Assembly (NCBI GenBank): GCA_013265495.1
Contig: MU058463.1
Location: 1,263,523-1,327,522, forward strand
Reading direction: 5' to 3'
Length of the DNA stretch: 64,000 nt
DNA from: Vicugna vicugna
Lineage: Eukaryota
A model generated the notes under the pieces. It worked only from the letters and a program-made list of their open reading frames with translations, had not been told where the DNA came from and searched no databases. This document shows, piece after piece, positions 39,531 to 53,360 of this stretch (position 1 is its first letter; each line of letters begins with the position of its first letter). A program made the translations under genes and the position numbers.

Positions 39531-39969
39531 ATAAAAATGCACCCACAAATGAACATAATACAAATTATTGTCTTTAAGAGTGTTTTGTTCTTTGATTAAA
39601 ATGCATACTAATTTAGAATGTAAATACTTTTATATAGTATGATTTTTTTATTATTGCTGGGAAATAGGGACATTTGATGGCATATCTGGATGAAACAGCC
39701 AAACAAATGTTTTAAACTCTCAAAAGGAAAATATTTGTCATACTGCCATCATTAGGGACAATGTGAAAACTAAGCTTGTTTTTATACAATTTCACACAGC
39801 TGTCTCTAAGCCAAAGTGTTCTGGGCAAGTTTCAGAACTTTTCAAACTGTTTATAAACTGAGCAAACAAAGCCGCCCAAGTCCATTCACAATGGATTCCT
39901 CAGTCTCTTTTCAGTACTGAAGAACAGCTCTTTCACAGACGCAGTTCATCCTCCGTAGCCTGCGAAAGG

Positions 39970-39977
39970 TGACGTCA
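39970..39977. promoter_or_regulatory. Full palindromic CRE (TGACGTCA) inside a small CpG-retaining patch
   Basis: Exact TGACGTCA; six CpGs between about 39870 and 39985 in otherwise CpG-poor unique DNA. Confidence 0.4.
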
Positions 39978-40689
39978 GCCGCTTAGGTGGATGTCTAAAC
40001 ATAAGAATTCCAAAGTGTCTGGTAAATTCATCTTGAACATTCAAACGTTAAATGAACCCTTTTCATATACAATATGGGGAAATGAGAATTCATTTCAATT
40101 AAAAAGACACGTGCAAAACCTAATTTTTTTTCTCTGTTATGGTTTAATCTCCAGTTTACTTTGTGAAGATTAGCCCTAATATTTATTCAAGAATCAAACT
40201 TAACTATGAGAGGATGATCAGATTTTGGTGTAGTTCCTTTTGTTTTCAAATTCGAAGTAAGGCTTAGGCCTTGTGAAATTACGTTTGGAATTTACCTGCT
40301 CCACAGCTCTACTTTATTTTAATAGATCAGAATCTAAATGGGGAACAGTGTGATTGCATTCTTCCTAGCTAATGTCTATTTGAGTTATGGGATGACACAT
40401 AAAGAGTGGTAGTTATAGATTTGAAGGAGGACTGAGAGGTTTTCTGTTCACTTAGGAAAAGAACAAGCCAACTTCCAATGATTAAATTTTAAATTCCTTC
40501 TTGAAACTTGGAACTCTATTATTCATTAGAGAGGGGAAAAATATCCTACAGCCAAACCTTGATAAATCACAAAATGATTATCTAGTTTCTGCTTTATCTA
40601 TGCCCTTTGCTTCTCCAGATCCCTCCAGCAGTCCAAATTTGTGTAAGATAGCTGTTGATATTGGAAGTAATCTTAAAAAGCACACAACT

Positions 40690-40900
40690 ATAAAATGTAC
40701 ATGTAACTAAATTCCATATACTGAAATCATATCTGTATAATGTATACAAATGTTATTGTATATGAATATATAATAAAAATAATGTATAGTATACATGATA
40801 TACTATATATACTATATAACAATTATATTCAATATTATACATTATAAATAACATGTTACATAATAGTATATACAATATATTAAAATATTTATATGTCAAA
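40690..40900. repeat. AT-rich low-complexity (TA-rich) tract
   Basis: Degenerate TA/TATA/TACA repeats, directly visible. Confidence 0.85.
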
Positions 40901-42124
40901 ATATGGAAGATTCCTACATTTACTATGCTTTCCATAAATTTTTATTTTATTCAAATTGCATCACCTTTTACTTCTTGAAATTAATATCTGTACTAGGAGT
41001 ACAATACATACTCATAATGCTCAGTAACATAGAATATTAAGCCAATGAAAACAAAAGTGACTAAAACTCATAAAGATCCACTCAATAATGAAAAATATGT
41101 AAAATAATTTCAATTTCAAATTAGTATAAGCATATATCTCCCACGAGGGGTTAAGGGAACTGTTCAGGAATTATTCTACCCATATTCAATTCTTGGCTTC
41201 ACTCCTTTGTGTCCTCGGACAGACTCCGTAACTATCATTAGCGCCAATCCTCCTCAGTAAAATAGAAATAATAATGTATACCCTTTGTAAAATTTTTGAA
41301 GATTAAATGCAGTAATGCATACAGTATGCTCAATCAGAGCCTAGTAAAGAATTCCATCTAAGGGTGATAAAAGTCAAGGTTATGAGTAAATTATTTTGTT
41401 TCTAATTAGTTACTAACAATTGAAGAATAGGTCAGTTTTTACAAAAGCCTAGTGCTACAAAGGTCCAATAATAGTACACAAGCTTAATTATGCAAATAAA
41501 ATTGTACTTAGCAGAGAAATATTATTTTCTAACTTCTCTTACTTGTTTGTTAAGGATGATATTTTCCCCCATAGCCTGGATAGTTATGAATGAATATATA
41601 CATATTTAATATATTCATATACAGTGGCTTCCTTGTTTTTCTGTTGCTTCAGTCTTTTGCTTTATAATGCTTCTTATTTCCTGCATTACTCTAACAGGAA
41701 GCTATTTCAGCTTATATAAATTTTTAAATAACTTCAAATACTGAAAGCTGGTGCTGATTGTATCAACAGTGTAGTAGGTCATAAAATATAAAAGAAAATA
41801 ATGCTCAGAAGCAAGTTAGCAACAAAACCATTCTCTATATACATTTTGTATTTCAAGGTGCCATGGGATTGGGAAAGAGTCAGAGAAGATTGAGTCTGAA
41901 AATGGAATTGAAAGTGAGTGCTTACACTTCTTATGAATTATAAATTCTTTTCCTTTTAGAATCAGGCTTAAACATGAGTTGGCTCCAGTGATGTGGTAAA
42001 CTGCAAATAATCAACACATTCTTAAATGATTTTGTAGGCCTAAAGTATTTTTCCTCAGTTCTGTAAATTGTCATTTAATTTATTCTAGGAACTCAAATGG
42101 TTAAACCAATTTTATTTACTTTAT

Positions 42125-42870
42125 TATTTTTTTTAACTTTTTATTTGAAATATTTTCAAACTTACTGATAATGTGCAAGAATAGTACAAAGTGCAAATAA
42201 TACAAAGAATTTTCATATATCCCTACCCAAGAGGCCTCACTGAAATTTTACCAACTGTCCAATTATGGATTTTGTAGCAAAAGGATCCAATCCTCAATCA
42301 TTGCATCTAGCTGTCATTTCTCTTCAATATCTCTTACTTGGAATAGTTCTTCTGACCTTCCTTGATCTTAATAAATTTAACAATTTTGAAAATACTGTCC
42401 AATTACATTGTAGAATTTCTCTTAGCTTGGATTAGTCTGATGTTTTCCCAAGTATAACTTCAAGTTACGCATTTTCTAGTGAAAATATCACAAAAGTGAT
42501 GGCAGATTCTTACCTCTAGGAGGTAGTACATGATATCCAGTTGCCCATCAAACTTATTTTAACTCTGATCACTTGAATAAGGCTTTCACCAATATGAATT
42601 AACTCTTTTCCTCTTTGTAGTTTTCAAGTATTTTGGAGGACATAATTTGAGACTATGTGAGTATTGCAATTGTTATCAAATTCTTATATGCTAGTTTTAG
42701 AGTCCCTTGATGGTTGTTATTTGAGTTAATTATTGATGGTTGCCACATAGTGATGTTTTGAATTGTATCATCCCTTCAAAATTTGTTAGTTGATGTTCTA
42801 TTTTAAGGAAGGCACTCTCCCTCTCTGTTTTCAGAAAGGCATTTCTCTTCACATTTATTTATTAATTCAT
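42125..42870 (-). mobile_element. Old L1 (L1MC-like) 3' end
   Basis: 'ttttttaactttttatttgaaatattttcaaacttac...caagaatagtacaaag' is a typical antisense L1MC terminus; also 'aattacattgtagaatttctcttagcttggattagtctgatgtttt'. Confidence 0.7.
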
Positions 42871-42934
42871 TCTAGATTTGACCCTTTCCCTATCTGTGAC
42901 TCCCATTTCAAAGAATGAGAAACCTAGCCTTACT

Positions 42935-43294
42935 GTTGTAGCTTCAAGTGTGCTGCGGGTCCTCCAGTCTCAGTCCTCTTGAAAATTTCCCTGCACTGTA
43001 GAGTGCCACCTTGCCCATGGCCTTGCTTCCTGCTTGGGGCAGCTGATATCCAGTGATCGGCTGATGCAGAAATATGAAAGTTCAGTCTTCTTGCCACATC
43101 TGAAGGGTCCAGTCTGACTTCCGCATCCCTCTTGAGGTAGGCTGAGATCTCAGTTGTGGCTGCATCAGAGTCCAAGTTCTCCCTCTCACCAACTTGATTT
43201 CCACAAGTGTTGAGACCGACAATATTTCTTTATAAACTTCCTCAGGGTAATCTCTGGCTCAGAGTGGGCCTCTCAGGATTCCCAGTCTGCAACA
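42935..43294 (+). mobile_element. ERVL solo LTR (LTR16-like)
   Basis: 'ggggcagctgatatccagtgatcggctgatgcag...taggctgagatctcagttgtggctgcatc' and 3' end 'ataaacttcct...aatctctggctcagagt...cccagtctgcaaca'. Confidence 0.7.
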
Positions 43295-46200
43295 GAGTAT
43301 GTTTGCATTTTAATAATTAATCATTGTATCTTATAGATTTAAGGAAATATAAAGGTAGATTAGTAATAAATACCTATATAAAGAAAGCTATAAAATCTAA
43401 AACATCGTATCTGGATTTAGTATAATTACTTCTGGAGTCCATAAACTTACAGACTATAGTTGAATTCAGTGCAAAATTGAATATATAGATCTTTTTAAAT
43501 TAATTAACATAGGTCTAGCTTTTTCTGCTGAAATTAACAATTATTTCATTCTTGTTTGTAGACAGACAAACCATAGACAAGTTAATACAAATACTTCCTG
43601 AAAGACTAGAAAAGCAGTAGACATTTTAGACATTATCTTTTAACCTACATCTTAATGTTGTGGATATATATGTCTATATATAATGTAATATATATAATAT
43701 AACATTTGTAACTTAATGTTTAACTGTATGCACTGCAGACTTCCTATGTCTGACACTACTTTAGGCATAAGTTTCCCTCAGCAGATAACAGTGACTGTCT
43801 CTTTACATTACTCAAAAAGTTTAATAAAAATAATGCATGCAAAACACTTGCAAGAATATGTGGTACATGGTCAGTACGTGCCATCTGTTACCACTATTTG
43901 AAGCAACCCTCACCTCAGAAGCAGGCATCACATAACACAGATTCTCGTGTTACTAGCAGTTCCAAGGGCAGCTGTGATGTGGGGCCAATTGCACTGCACT
44001 TGGAGCCTGGAGAATGTGTTGAAGAGTTTGGTTTTTACATTTACTCTGTGATCTTGACTGCCTTTTGCTCCAGCACTAATCTCTATGATGTACGAAATTT
44101 TACATTTACTATGTAAGTCTTATAAGGACTCAGAGGATTAGTGCTTGGGAGAGCCTCTAATATCTAGGCACAGTAGGCATTCAATAAATGTAAGGGTGAA
44201 AAAGTGGGGAGGTGTAGCATGGTCTTGATTCTTGCCCCACAAGGATATTGGTGACTTGTTCAGGTTGCGATGGTTATGTGCATGCCTTGGTACTCATCTG
44301 TGTCTTTCACACAAACTAACCAGTTCTGCATTGTCTTCTGACCTGTTTCCATTACTCACACTAGCTTTGTCATGCTCAACACTGGGTACATCTATGCTGG
44401 TACAATAGTCATGAAGAAGTTGTAATCTCTTTGTTAAAAATTCCTACATATAGTGGTTAAAGTGCACAGTTTTTCTAAAAATTAGGTTCCCGCCCTGAGG
44501 CTATGTTTATTTCCCTGAGCTTGTTCATGAAGCTGTGAAAACACGGAGGTGCCATCTCCTTCAAAACAAACATGCTGCTGATGACTTCCACCAAGTTCCC
44601 TGCTGCAGAATGCCTGCAAATAAAAGTCAAGGCCTTCTGTGTCTGAAGTGGGAATGCCACGATCCTCCACGGCTTTAGGCTGGCAACAAAAAACTTTCTC
44701 TTTATATGGGCAGGGAAATGTATCTTGAAATATTGATTGCCATACTTTGTTTTTTTTTTTCCATTTCCATCTCATAGTCATCCAGTATCATGAACATTAT
44801 CTGAAGAAGAATCACTATTATTATATTAGCACAAGCATTTTAAAAATTTCCCAAAATGAACAAGAGTTCTTTATATTTTACAAATGTGATTTTGGAATCA
44901 AAAGGGAAACACTGGAGGAAAGCTGAGAATAAAGCCTTAAAAGAATTAGGGGAGCAAATCCATTTGTATCTGCTCCTTGAAGAGATGAGATGAAGATCAC
45001 ATGGAGGGGAAGAAAAACTATGTCCCTAGAAGAGTTCAAGAGGCCAGAAAATTAAAGTGCTGACCCTGGTAGAGTCATGGAGAGAGGGGTGGGGTCTGAA
45101 TTAGGAACTACTAAAGCACCTTCTCTGCCCATCCAGAGCAAGGGAGTCTGATGGAAGCAGACCAAGGTCTGCACACCAGCTCTCACCATCCAGTGTTGAG
45201 GGGCCTCGGGGCCCCATTACTTGCCTTCTCATTGTTGTCCTTTCAGGGCCTCACCTCTTGTACCTAAATTGTCCAGCAAAAAGAGAACTTGTCTTTTCTC
45301 CAACATTCTCTGAGCATCTTCTAAGTACTTCGTGTAGATCCCCCATATTTTCCCCTTGATTATTCTTACTTTGGTTCAAGACAAAAGATCCAAAAGCAAG
45401 ACAAGTTCTTGTCACTCTAGCGGTCCAATGAGGCTGAACGGAAGACCAGTACTGGCCCTTAGAGAGGACAGTGGGGAAATCTATCCAGGTTTCAAATGTG
45501 TCTGTAAGATCTTCTCTCTCACTATTCAGGCTTGACCTCAAAAAGTATGACTATAATAATTCAAGTGAAAAATCATCCATGCATTGCTCTTTGAGAGTCT
45601 CCCTATGCAAAATTTTTTCTTATATACTTAGTGTAAGAGATTAATTAGATGGTGACAGAGATAGATAAAGAAAATACATATATGTATTTCCAGATAAATC
45701 TCTAAAATTGTGTCATACTTAAGAAAATTACTAATTAGCAATTAAAAGGTGTGACCTTGGTTAAGTCCTTTAACTAATTCCTTATTTTTAAATTATTAAG
45801 AGCATCAGGGGGACATGATAAGCTACAAGATCCTTTCCAATTTTAGATTCTCCATCTATAATTCAGGATGGGGGTTTTTAAGGGAACTTATAAGATTTAA
45901 AATTTTATTTTCATCACATAAATCAAACACTATATATTTATTTTCTTTTAGGAAATCTTTGAACATATGAAATTTGACCAGCAGTCCGAAAATACATAAA
46001 ACAATAGAAGCCATTTGTCTTTAATAACTTGAGACAAAAACATTGTCTGTATAAGCAACACATTACAATATTGGTGATTATAACTGCTTTAAATGAACAG
46101 CATGAAGTGTATCCTGTGCAGTAATTCTTGATTTAGTCAAAGAATTACATTGGAATATTTAGTCTGCCCATATGTCCTGAACTGTTCATTTCCTGTTACT

Positions 46201-47627
46201 TTGCTGGAGGCAGAAGCCAAAGACGTTCAGTTTCCCTGCCTTTAATATACATCTGCTGGTTATTACCATTTAAGCTGACTTGGGTCTTGATGACCACAAG
46301 GCAACTTACTATAGTTGTTTTCCCAAAATACATTAGTAGCAACATGTGTTTTTAAACACATTCAGTGTTGTTTTGAGGCTTTTCAAATGACTAGGAAGCA
46401 ATCAAATGTAGACTACACACATATACCCATAAGCAAACGTAAAGAAATGTTATGTCTTCAAAGAAAAAGGACATACTTGGTTTCAGTCTATAAATTGCTT
46501 TGATTTAAATTTTTTATTAAAGTTATCTTTCTATATTGCATTTGGATTTGGATACAATTTATCTCATTCTATGTACTTTTAGAGCTTGTCACTTAAATGA
46601 TTATATCAACTTCAGAACATATCAAAAGTATTCTTCAGAAGACTTTCAGTAGCTTGCATACACATTACCTAGATTTCTTCTTTTTCTGCTTTTGCTAAAG
46701 AGAACATCTACTTACAAATGTATAATGATAAGCCCACCTTTATCTTCTGAAAAGAATTAATTTATTCCACATCCACTATTCAATTTGATCTTAGTTTATA
46801 ATGCTTGATTTGATAAAAGGAAACAGAATATTTGGAAATTTTTCAGCATGGTGAGTTCATTCAGAACTTAGTTAAGGATTTTACTCCTTTAGTTGCACTC
46901 AAAATTTTTAATGCACCTTCTTTTTTATAGACATGGGTTTGGTTTTTTTTTAAGCTCTGATATAATCACTGTTGCTATGAATCACTAACAGTGCATCAGT
47001 ATCTACTCAGCACTGTGTTGATCCATGTTCCTTTTCAGAGCACATTATCCCCTTAAGCCACTTTTAAAAGTAAGGGATTTATTTAAAGGTACAAGAAACA
47101 GACTCTAGATTGAGTGTTGAATGATTACCAAGCCACGAAGGATGCAAGTGTCTTTTCTACAGTTGAGAAACAGACAGGGGGTTGGGGAGCTAGTCCTTCA
47201 GCTGCCAGCTGCAGCATCCCAAGGCTGCTGCCACAATTAGGACTCTCATAAAAGCTGAAAACCGCCATGACCAGCTATTATCACCAGCTCCAGACCACGC
47301 CACACCTTTGCCTGCCTTTGTCACCAGTTCAGCTCTACCGCATGTCACACACAAAACTAGTGACTTTATGTTGCACTTCTGCTAATGCTGCCAAAGAGAA
47401 ATCGAGTAGTAGTAGTATTTTGCCTCTTCTTTCCTTTATAGTTCATGATTTCACCTAGGTAAGTGCAGTTCCTGGTTTAAAATTAATGTTGTGAATTTCC
47501 CATGAGGCTTTTTTGTTGGCTTTTCAAAGCTGAAAGAGTAAGCAGGGTCATCTTATTTATGTTGATTTTACCTGGATTAAGTAGAATACATGGATTTAAA
47601 AAAAAGAAATAGAACAAAGTAATGTAT

Positions 47628-47960
47628 TAAATCTATGAATATAATAGTAGTTCTATTAATTAATATATAATAGTTTCAGTAGCTAATAATTTGACATTAA
47701 ATACTTTCCCTAATTGGAAATAATAACACAGACAAAACTACACTGACACATATCAAGATGGCACATTTACTTGCTTTATAGACGTATGACAGAATAACAA
47801 TACATAAATCTATGAATATAATAATATAATAATTAATTAATATATAATAGTTTCAGTAGCTAATAATTTGACATTAAATACTTTCCCTAATTGGAAATAA
47901 TAACACAGACAAAACTACACTGACACATATCAACATGGCACATTTACTTGCTTTATAGAC
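47628..47960 (+). repeat. Local tandem duplication, period 177 bp
   Basis: 47628-47783 versus 47805-47960; the 129-bp core (47655-47783 versus 47832-47960) differs at one base (47757 g / 47934 c). Confidence 0.97.
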
Positions 47961-48259
47961 TTTGCTATGAGAAAAAAATTTTTTTTAATTTTTACAGGAG
48001 TCTTAAACCATAATTTGTTTTAAGGTTTTCTTCCTTCCATCACTGTAAAAAACTGATATCTATTCATTATCCCATAAGTAAAATTTCAAATATTAAGAAA
48101 TAAATATAACATTGATGAAGAAAAACTCAAGCAGCAAGATTAAAATAATGATTTTAATAGTAGCCATTTGGTGTTTGGGCAACCAGTATTGAATAGGATC
48201 TCATAGAGATCGTAACTACAGGTAGTTATTTGATATCTTTTGATCTTGATGACCAACAT

Positions 48260-48685
48260 TTTATTTCATTCCTTCCAAAGAGCAGGCACATTTCCTTTTG
48301 TATAATTCTCTCATCCATTTGTGTGGAGTGGTAAATCCCTCCAGTTACAGATGCCAAAGGGTCAGAAAGATGCTTTCTTTCACATGATCCCATGACTAGG
48401 CACAGCCAACTGAATGCTCTCCTTTGAGTCTTTGAATGTTGAGCAAGTAAAGAATTAATGTTTAGATTTTTTTTTTAAGGTAGAGTCCTTACAAGCTTGT
48501 TCCTACTGTGTATCCATTCCAATGTTCCATCATTCTCTTCACTTATTCCCTGTTCTTGCAGTTTTCCAAACCTGGTATTATGGTCTTTGAATTGTTTTAG
48601 ACTTGTGATAATCTCCTTTCTTTTTTCCCCAAGATGTTAGCCAGAATCAGCTTAGACTTGCAACCAAAGAACCCTAAATGAATCA
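48260..48685 (+). mobile_element. Old MaLR LTR (MLT1J/K/L-like)
   Basis: 3' end 'gttagccagaatcagcttagacttgcaaccaaagaaccctaaatgaat' and internal 'ccatgactaggcacagccaa'. Confidence 0.55.
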
Positions 48686-49249
48686 GAAACAAGTAGGAGA
48701 AAATGAAATATTAGACGTAGATCCTCGGGGAATATACAGTATTTGGAATTATCTGTTCAAGAGTGGGTGAAAGGAACTATGTTTCATTCATTTCCTAGAA
48801 TGAAAAATAACAGCTTCAAGCGGAGCGGTGAAATAATTAATGTGTTCTTACTGGAGTCACAAGTTGCCGCCACCATAGAAAGTTATAAAGAATATTAGGT
48901 ATCAGAGAGCCACAAGATATGGTAGCTACTGATGGTAGACAGGGGTAAATAACTTGGAGCAGAGACAGACAAGTCTCTAAGAGCACAGAAAGTCAAGGAA
49001 TTTCTGTGAAAAATCTTAAAAGGTCTCTTAAGCCTGAAGCATGGAGCTGGGACTGATGGCAAGAAAAGGAAATCTATCATCATATGGGTTGACTTACTAC
49101 AATAATAGCTAAATTGACAGCCTACTTACTAAATTACAGCCTTGATTAAGAGACAGTGAAATCACTGAAGTGAGGGCATCTTTGAAAATTCAAAAGAGTA
49201 GAAGTAATACAGTTTTTTTTAACCCTTTGGAGGTACCCATCAATAGATT

Positions 49250-49900
49250 TCTCTGGAATGGAGTGAAAAAGGTGGAGAATGTTAGGTAATGATGTGGCAG
49301 AGATAATAGGAGGACCATATCTCGTAGGCCTTGTGAGTAATTACAGATATCTTGACTTTTACTCTAAATAAGATGATTGGGAGCAGAGAAATGTCATTAC
49401 TGAGTTACTCTTTAATATAATCCCTCTTGTTGCAGTAACGTTAGAGAGACCTGCCGGGTGTGAGGAGAGCAGTTAGGAGACTTTCTAATAATTCATGAAA
49501 TTAATGGTGGTTTGAATCAAGGTGTGATAGCAATGGAAATCATGAATAATTGTTAATCAGAATATATTTTAGATGAAAAGTCAACAGATGAGTTGATAAA
49601 CTTGAATTTTGAGTAAAGCTAGTGATGGGTGATCTCCAAGTTTAGGGGGATGCACGAGAGCATAAATAATTAGAAATGGGGCACCGTCCTGGATAAGCAG
49701 TGTCTGCTGGTGAGTAAGTGTAAATGTGAGGTTCCATGCTGGGCTTGTTGATTTTGCAGTGCTTCTGGACAATCACATGACCGTGGCAAGTAGGCAGTTT
49801 GATATAGAAGTCTAGAATTCAGTTAACGTGTTTAAGATGGAGATATGAATACAGGCGTTATTAGTATACAGATCATTTGACACAAATAGTGACACACTTT
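49250..49900 (-). mobile_element. L2 LINE fragment
   Basis: 'gtaggccttgtgag...cttgacttttactctaaataagatg', 'gcagttaggagactttctaataattca', 'aagtaggcagtttgatatagaagtctagaattcag'. Confidence 0.75.
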
Positions 49901-49942
49901 GAGACTAGGTCTCCACATCTGTAAGCACATAGTAATGAATTA

Positions 49943-50390
49943 TGTACCAGTTAGGAGTGTCTTCATCTGCATGATGTAGTAAACCTGCTACTGTGGTCAG
50001 AAAGCAATTTATTTTTTCAAATAACATGAAGTCTCCAGACAGAACATTCCTGCGAATTTTGGCTGCTTAAGAAAATCACAATGACCCAGATTCTTTACCT
50101 CATGAAAGTTATCCTTTCATTCATCCTTGTAACTCATTTCCATTACAACCTCATATTGAATTCCAGTTAAGAGAAGAAAAAAGAGGCTCCTGTTGAAATT
50201 TAAGAAAGTGCAACTTTCTTAACAATATCCACCAAACTTCAGTAAGTCATACTCACTAAGAAGACGTGATTTGACTACCTGCAGCAGTAAGAGAAGATAG
50301 AAAATATACTAGTTCAGCTGGAGTTCATATATTGAGGAAATGGGGGGAACGGGGCTGGATGCTGAATGAACAATTAGCAGTGTTGCCACA
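49943..50390 (-). mobile_element. Old MaLR LTR (MLT1J-like)
   Basis: TG...CA ends 'tgtaccagttaggagtgtcttcatctgca' ... 'caattagcagtgttgccaca'; internal 'atttattttttcaaataacatgaagtc'. Confidence 0.65.
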
Positions 50391-52416
50391 AACCACAAAC
50401 AGTGAGTGAGTGAGAGGGAGGCATCGTCCCCTGAGAGTAGGAATCACAACCATTTGGAGTATGTTTTGTATTGTGTGCCCATACATACACACTCAGTGAT
50501 ACTGAGAGTGATTAATTATTCTAATGGCATTTTCACTTTTTGAAATATATTCATTACTCAGGCAGATAGAGGCATCAGATATATGGTGAACCCTTAGACT
50601 AGATCTTCTGGGAAATGTAGGATAATTAAACACAAAAATATAGACTTATTAAATAATGTAGAACAAATAAATTGTGCTTTTTAGATACTTTTACTGTAAT
50701 ACATGCCCAAAAGAACAAATTTCTACCAGTTGTTAATCATGTCTTCTGTTCCATCTCTGATGTTCTTGCTGGAAACACATTTTCACATTGTCATTATGTG
50801 CCCTATGATTATATGATGTATATCCCGTACAGCTGCAGGAAGATTTCTCAACCTACTATTAGAAAAGGCAACACCCTGGTTCTTTGAAAAGGAAAAAGAA
50901 AAATCAAAGCATCTATTCTTCTTCCAAATTACGTAATCTTGAACTTGCTTCCTTACAAAACTCAGCTGCACATGCACAAACACACACGCAAGCTGGAGGT
51001 CTCCTTTTGATTCCAAAGAGAGGGATTATCATAGTCATAAAGGGAAATGCACCTTGTAGAAACTTGCATTGATGGACCAAAAGAGAGAATATTGTATCTT
51101 TATGTAGATTTCCTTCCTACTAATGACTCATCAAATGACCTATTTCTCAAAGAAGATAATGAAGTTTAACTAGTGAAGGAAAAGGGAAAAAATGGAAATC
51201 TCTTTTTCAATCTATAGAACTCAGGTATTCTGAATGTTAAAATAGCAATGAAGGGGCTTTGCATATTCATCAGATATTGAATACTTATTATGTACCAGGC
51301 ACTACAGATACAGCAATACTGTTACTCTGTTGAAATAATACAAGTTCTAAGATAATATCATACTTTTTAAAATGAGTAATGACCGGTTTTTGTTTACTCT
51401 AAAGACATATTTTTCATGGCACCAAATAATTCATATTATTTTTAATACTCTTAATTTGTGGGAAAACCCTTCAGTATTTTTGCTGTATTCCTAATGACAT
51501 TTATAGCAGGAAGTATAGTTAATAAAAGTAATAGTTAATACTTTGTGAGCACGTACTCCACAATAGTACTTATATTATATCATTTCAACCTTCCATGAAC
51601 CCACAGAGATAGACATTATTGCTGTCAAGACTTAGAAATATGAAAATACTACTTCTTGATAACATAAGAAATGATGCGTCTTAGACTTAAAAAAAATCAC
51701 CCCATTCTAATTAGAATGCTACCCCCTAAACACTTCATTTCTGTTCTCACATCTAGTTTTTGCTGAATTTGTTGTTTTTTGTTATATTTTGCTTCTCCAC
51801 AACCTAGTTTAATTTCTGTTACAGCAGACCATTAGTTCATTATGTTGGTGTACTCTGTGGTAAAACATTGCTAAAAGTGCACTGTGAAACACTGCTCAGG
51901 ATAAAATCTGCCTGTGTTCAGAATTTATCTTACGAGAGGAGGAAACAGACAAGTACAAAGACAACTGTGATACAATTCCTTATAGACTGTAATTGTACAA
52001 GTACATAACCCAGGCTTGGGCATGTCAAAGCTTCATGGAAGAACATGTGTAAGGTTCAGACATGAGAGAAAAGTTGGAATTTTCTGGAACTCCTACTTAT
52101 CCAGCATGCAAAACATGTTACTCCACACATAAAATCTGTCTTATAAATGATTTCATTTATTATTCTTTATTTGTTCCTCCCTGATAAATATGTAATCTAA
52201 GGCTTGATTTCCAGAAATAATATTGTTTTCAACTCTCAAAATCCGAGTCAGCCGCAGTTCCTGTTATAAGAGAGTATTAAGGGGAGTGAATACAATCCTC
52301 CCTCCTGTGACCATCCCCCATCCTCCACACACACTCATCCTCATCCTCCTAAGCAGGTTCCACATCCTGTGTCCTAAATCCATGTTGGCATTCTGAAGCC
52401 TAAAATGATTAGCCAA

Positions 52417-53197
52417 GTGGCCATCATTCAAAAATCCACAAATGACAAATGTTGGAGAGGCTGTGGAGAAAAGGGAACCCTCCTACACAGCTGGTGGAAA
52501 TGCAGTTTGGTGCAGCCACTATGGAAGACAGTATGGAGATTCTTCAAAAGACTAGGAATAGACTTACCATAGGACTCAGAAATCCCACTTCTGAGCATAT
52601 ATCCAGAAGAAACCCTACTTCAAAATGACACCTGCCCTCCAGTGTTCATAGCAGCACTATTTACAATAGCCAAGACATTGAAACAGCCTAAATGTCCATC
52701 AACAGATGACTGAATAAAGAAGATGTGGTATATTTATATGATGGAATACTATTCAGTCACAAAAAACTGACAACATAACGCCATTTGCAGCAACTTGGGA
52801 GTTCCTGGAGAATGTCATTCTAAGTGAAGTAAGCCAGAAAGAGAAATAAAAATACCATATGAGATCCCTCATATGTGGAATGTAAAAAAAAAATCAACAT
52901 AAATACAAAACAGAAACAGACTCATAGTCATAGACTACAAACTTGTAGTTGCCAAGGGGGCAGGGGGTGGGAAGGGACAGATTGGGATTTCAAAATGTAG
53001 AATAGATAAACAAGATTATACTGTATAGCACAGGGAAATATATACAAGATTTTATAGTAGCTCACAGAGAAAAAATATGACAATGAATATATATATGTTC
53101 ATGTATAACTGAAAAATTATGCTCTTCACTGGAATTTGACATAACATTGTAAAATGATTATAACTCAATAAAAAAAAGGTAAAAAAATAAATTAAAA
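52417..53197 (+). mobile_element. 5'-truncated young L1 (ORF2 C-terminus plus 3' UTR), camelid type
   Basis: 'aaatgttggagaggctgtggagaaaagggaaccctcctacac...tgttcatagcagcactatttacaatagccaagac'; AATAAA plus A-rich tail; 16-bp TSD TAAAATGATTAGCCAA at 52401-52416 and 53198-53213. Confidence 0.95.
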
Positions 53198-53360
53198 TAA
53201 AATGATTAGCCAAACCCTTTTTCTTAATACGAAACTATGTCTTGTGAATATCAGATGACTCAGGCCTCATATTTACATATTCAGTGTTACCAAAATAATA
53301 GAATAAAATATAAATCTTCTAGTGCTGTGTCAGTTATTTGCACACTTGACGAAAACTAGT

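Noticed and set aside
47628..47960. Repeat-spacer-repeat resembling a CRISPR array
   Set aside because: Only two 156-bp copies in eukaryotic DNA with no cas genes; a simple duplication explains it.
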